This document shows positions 49,490-53,090 of a DNA stretch of 53,090 nt, piece after piece; position 1 is the first letter of the stretch; each line of letters starts with the position of its first letter. A model generated the notes under the pieces. It was not told the origin of the DNA and searched no databases. It saw only the letters and a program-made list of their open reading frames with translations. The DNA comes from Octopus sinensis. Taxonomy: Eukaryota. The stretch spans positions 1 through 53,090 of the forward strand of contig NW_021833955.1 in the NCBI RefSeq assembly GCF_006345805.1, written 5' to 3'. The position numbers were made by a program, and so were the translations under genes.

Positions 49490-49699
49490 GTATGTATGTG
49501 GGCGTGTGCATATGTATGTAAAGATGCATGGGCGTATGTATGTATGCATGTAAATGTTAATGGGCATATATTGTACAAAATATCAATGGGGATGGGGACG
49601 CAATCCTTCTGATATAAGAGAACCTCTATCTGGGAACAATTTTGTAACTTAGTGGATCCAAAAGCACTATTAACATCATGGTTATTTGCCTGCCCTCGA

Positions 49700-49897
49700 G
49701 GCGGCGAGCTGGCAGAAACGTTAGCACGCCGGGCGAAATGCATAGCCGTATTTCGTCTGCCGTTACGTTCTGAGTTCAAGTTCCACCGAGGTCGACTTTG
49801 CCTTTCATCCTTTCGGGGACGATGTAATCGACTTAATCCCTTTGTCTGTCCTTGTTTGTCCCCTCTGTGTTTAGCCCTTTGTGAGCAGTAAAGAAAT
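49700..49897 (+). mobile_element. SINE family C with internal deletion
   Basis: Homologous to 11327-11560. TSD ATTTGCCT(G/T)CCCTC at ~49684 and ~49898. Confidence 0.8.
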
Positions 49898-50573
49898 ATT
49901 TGCCTTCCCTCTAAGTCGTTCTCCGACTTACAGGAGTATTCTTAAAGCAGTACAACCCACTCACTGGGAGATAATATCGGTGAAATGCTATCTTTAAAAT
50001 GCTACAGCTACTACTGCGGCTACCACTGCTGACGATAATGAGACGAAGAGCGAGTAGAGAAAGGTCAACAAGAGAAAGAGGAGAAAGAAAATAAGAGAAA
50101 GTGGAGGGAAATGGTGGAAGAAGAGGTGAATGAGAAGTATTGCTGCTTCTGTTGCTGTTGATGATGATGATGATAGATAAAAGTGAGGATGTAAATGATG
50201 GTGGTTGTCCTCTAGTGATAAACGATAACGGTGAAGATAAATAAATAATAATCAGTTTGATAAACCAAACACATAATCTCAATTAGCACCAATTAAGAAA
50301 GCAATGGGCTGACCAGCCATGAGGGGAAACAGAAGATGCTAAAAATATGTCTCTCTCTTCCCTCTCTCTCTCACTCTCGTTGTGTGTGTGTGTGTGTATG
50401 ATATGTATTCGTAGATATACACATGTGCGAGTTAGCATGTGTGGATCCGTAATGTCTATGAAAACAAAGGTGAAAATATTTAAGGAGAAAACAAGGGGGT
50501 GAAACGGAGAACCCCGCGAAAAAAGTATTCCCAGCTCTCGGCGCCCGAAAGAGGAGAGAGAATTACGGAAATG

Positions 50574-50609
<36 letters not shown>

Positions 50610-50872
50610 TTTTTTCCCAGAAGTCAAACACATAGTTATAAACAAACGACATACGAGTATATTAAATATACTCAATGCACAGACGCACGGAGAACAAGCA
50701 CAGGTTGCCAATTTTTCCTCAGTTATCGACAAAGGTCTCGAGCGCAATTTCATGATATATATATATATATATATATATAAGAATAAGTCCTGGGGTCGAT
50801 TTGCTCGACTAAAGGCGGTGCTCCAGGATGGCCGCAGTTAAATGACTGGAACAAGTAAAAGAGTAAAGAGTA

Positions 50873-50916
<44 letters not shown>

Positions 50917-51488
50917 ATACTGGTGTCTCTTGCAAAGGTAATTACGCCAATAATATACACACGCACTGGTTCAATATCCACTTCTTTATTATTACTCAGT
51001 TTCTTGTTAAATATTTAACCAACTCACTAATCGATCATTTGTTTCATGTGTTGGTTTAACAACCAATCGATTCCCAAAATCTTTTTAATCGCTATTCGCA
51101 ACCTCATCAGTTACATACCTTTTTTCAAGGTTTGTCAGGAATCTCAAGGTTGACTCAACACAGACTTAAAGCTCTCCTTATTATTCAATTTTTTCTGAAT
51201 ACATACATACACACACATGCGTATGTATTTTTGTTTGTATGTACGTTTTATTTAGTATGTATTTCTTATGTGTTTCAGTCTTTAGACTTGCGGCCAAGCT
51301 GGGGCACCACCTGTAAGTATTTTTAGCCAATGAATCGAACCCAGAAATTGTTTTTTAAAAGCATGGTGCGTATTCTATTGAAGTCGTAACACACCAGTAC
51401 TAGTTACCAAGTGGTGGGGTGAGGACAAACACATACACTGAGACACACATAAGCACACATACACACACACACACATACACATATATAT

Positions 51489-51573
<85 letters not shown>

Positions 51574-51574
<1 letters not shown>

Positions 51575-51976
51575 GGCGCAGGAGTGGCTGTGTGGTAAGT
51601 AGCTTGTTTACCAGCCACATGGTTCAGGGTTCAGTCCCACTGCGTGGCACCTTGGGCAAGTGTCTTCTGCTATAGCCTCGGGTCAACCAAAGCCTTGTGA
51701 GAGGATTTGGTAGACGGAAACTGAAAGAAGCCCGTCGTATATATGTATATATATATATATATACATATATGCGTGTGTGTGTTTGTGTGTCTGTGTTTGT
51801 CCCACTAGCATTGCTTAACAACCGATGCAGGTGTGTTTATGTCCCCGTTACTTAGCGGTTCGGCATAAGAGACCGATAGAATAAGTACTGGGGTCGAGTT
51901 GCTCGATTAAAGGCGGTGCTCCAGCGTGGCCGCAGTCAAATGACTGAAACAAGTAAAAGAGTAAAAGAGTAAAAGA
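51574..51976 (+). mobile_element. SINE family B
   Basis: AGGCGCAGGAGTGGCTGTGTGGTAAGTAGCTTG head through a GACTGAAACAAGTAAAAGAGTAAAAGAG tail. Further family fragments at ~50786-50869 (+), ~51270-51470 (-) and ~52010-52127 (-). Confidence 0.85.
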
Positions 51977-52132
51977 ATATATATATATTCCCCGTCTATT
52001 AGACATGGTCACAAGGCTTTAGTCAGCCCGATGATATAGTAGGTGATACTTGCTCAGGGTGCCAAGCAGTATGACTGAACCCAGAACCAGGTGGTTGCGA
52101 AGCAAACTTCTTACCACACGACCATGCCTGTT

Positions 52133-52186
<54 letters not shown>

Positions 52187-52627
52187 ATTTTCACACCTAC
52201 ACATATACACACGCAAACGGCAAGATCACCAGCCCTCTTCCACACGCACATACAAACTCTCTTATACACACGAACGCGCACCTTCGTTTTGAGATCACCA
52301 CCACTTTATTATCTCCCCTTCTCCCTAGCTCTCCTGTGTGACACTTCTGCCCGGCATTCGCCATGATAGATTGCTAGCCACTACACATTCTTAATTTTCT
52401 CTCCTTGTTTCTTTCTGTGGGAGAGCATAGGCTCGAAACGTTAAAGACTTTTCACTTCTCGTACGTTATACTAATACATCTGTTTGTTGTCTACACCACC
52501 TGTCTTCGTCTTTTGTTTTTGTTTTTGTTGTGAATTCTCCCCCAGTATATATATAATGAAAAGAAAATGGAGAATTACGATTGACACATTTTAATTTATT
52601 AACATAATACTATATTATTATCATTAC

Positions 52628-52718
<91 letters not shown>

Positions 52719-52749
52719 TATTATTATTATTATTATTGTTATTATTATT

Positions 52750-53090
52750 GAGTGAGAGAGCAGTGCATGCCATCAAAGTGACACTGGGGTAAAATATACG
52801 AAGCCCAGTATACCCATCATGACTACCCGTCTGATAAGAGTACACTAGGCACATGCATCACAACCATATGTGCGCGACATGGTGATCTCATATCAAGATA
52901 AACAGCACATGACCTTACAGGTGGGGCCCAGTTAGAATTCAGGTCGATTATCCTATCCCGCTCAAAAGGTCCCTGAATAAGGGTTGGTTAAGGATGTTGA
53001 ACGAACCACCCATGTTTCCAGAGTTGAATTATTCAAACCCCAAAGAATCCCTCTCAATACATGGCTATGATGCTCCCCCACTACTTCTGC
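52750..53090 (-). mobile_element. TAA-associated non-coding repeat, copy running off the window end
   Basis: Reverse complement of ~47070-47385; its 3' end abuts the (TTA)n tract at 52610-52749. Confidence 0.75.

Overview
Repeat-dense eukaryotic DNA, most likely from an octopus. That assignment is inferred from the tRNA-derived SINE families, the very high microsatellite density and mollusc-type gene content; it is not proven. No prokaryotic features, CRISPR arrays or rRNA were found. Most ORF-track entries are microsatellite or low-complexity artefacts. Two gene-like loci converge. (1) A plus-strand spliced pseudogene at 3.4-6.3 kb encodes a C3HC4 RING finger followed by a death domain. (2) A minus-strand gene at about 25.7-35.7 kb has one ~4.85 kb exon encoding six tandem NHL-like beta-propeller modules. 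Its first ~820 codons are intact, the second half is shattered by frameshifts, and a decayed death-domain-like segment lies downstream. Mobile DNA includes a Penelope-like GIY-YIG fragment with a 5' inverted hairpin and two minimal hammerhead-ribozyme-like motifs, one enclosed by inverted repeats. It also includes R4/Dong-type non-LTR copies and a ~490-bp non-autonomous element stacked in a (TAA)n tract, fossil hAT, RTE and HERO/NeSL-like sequences, two non-autonomous Helitrons, several MITEs and many SINEs. A 170/171-bp tandem array lies between long purine-only tracts. All translations, alignments and folds were read by eye; no database searches were run.
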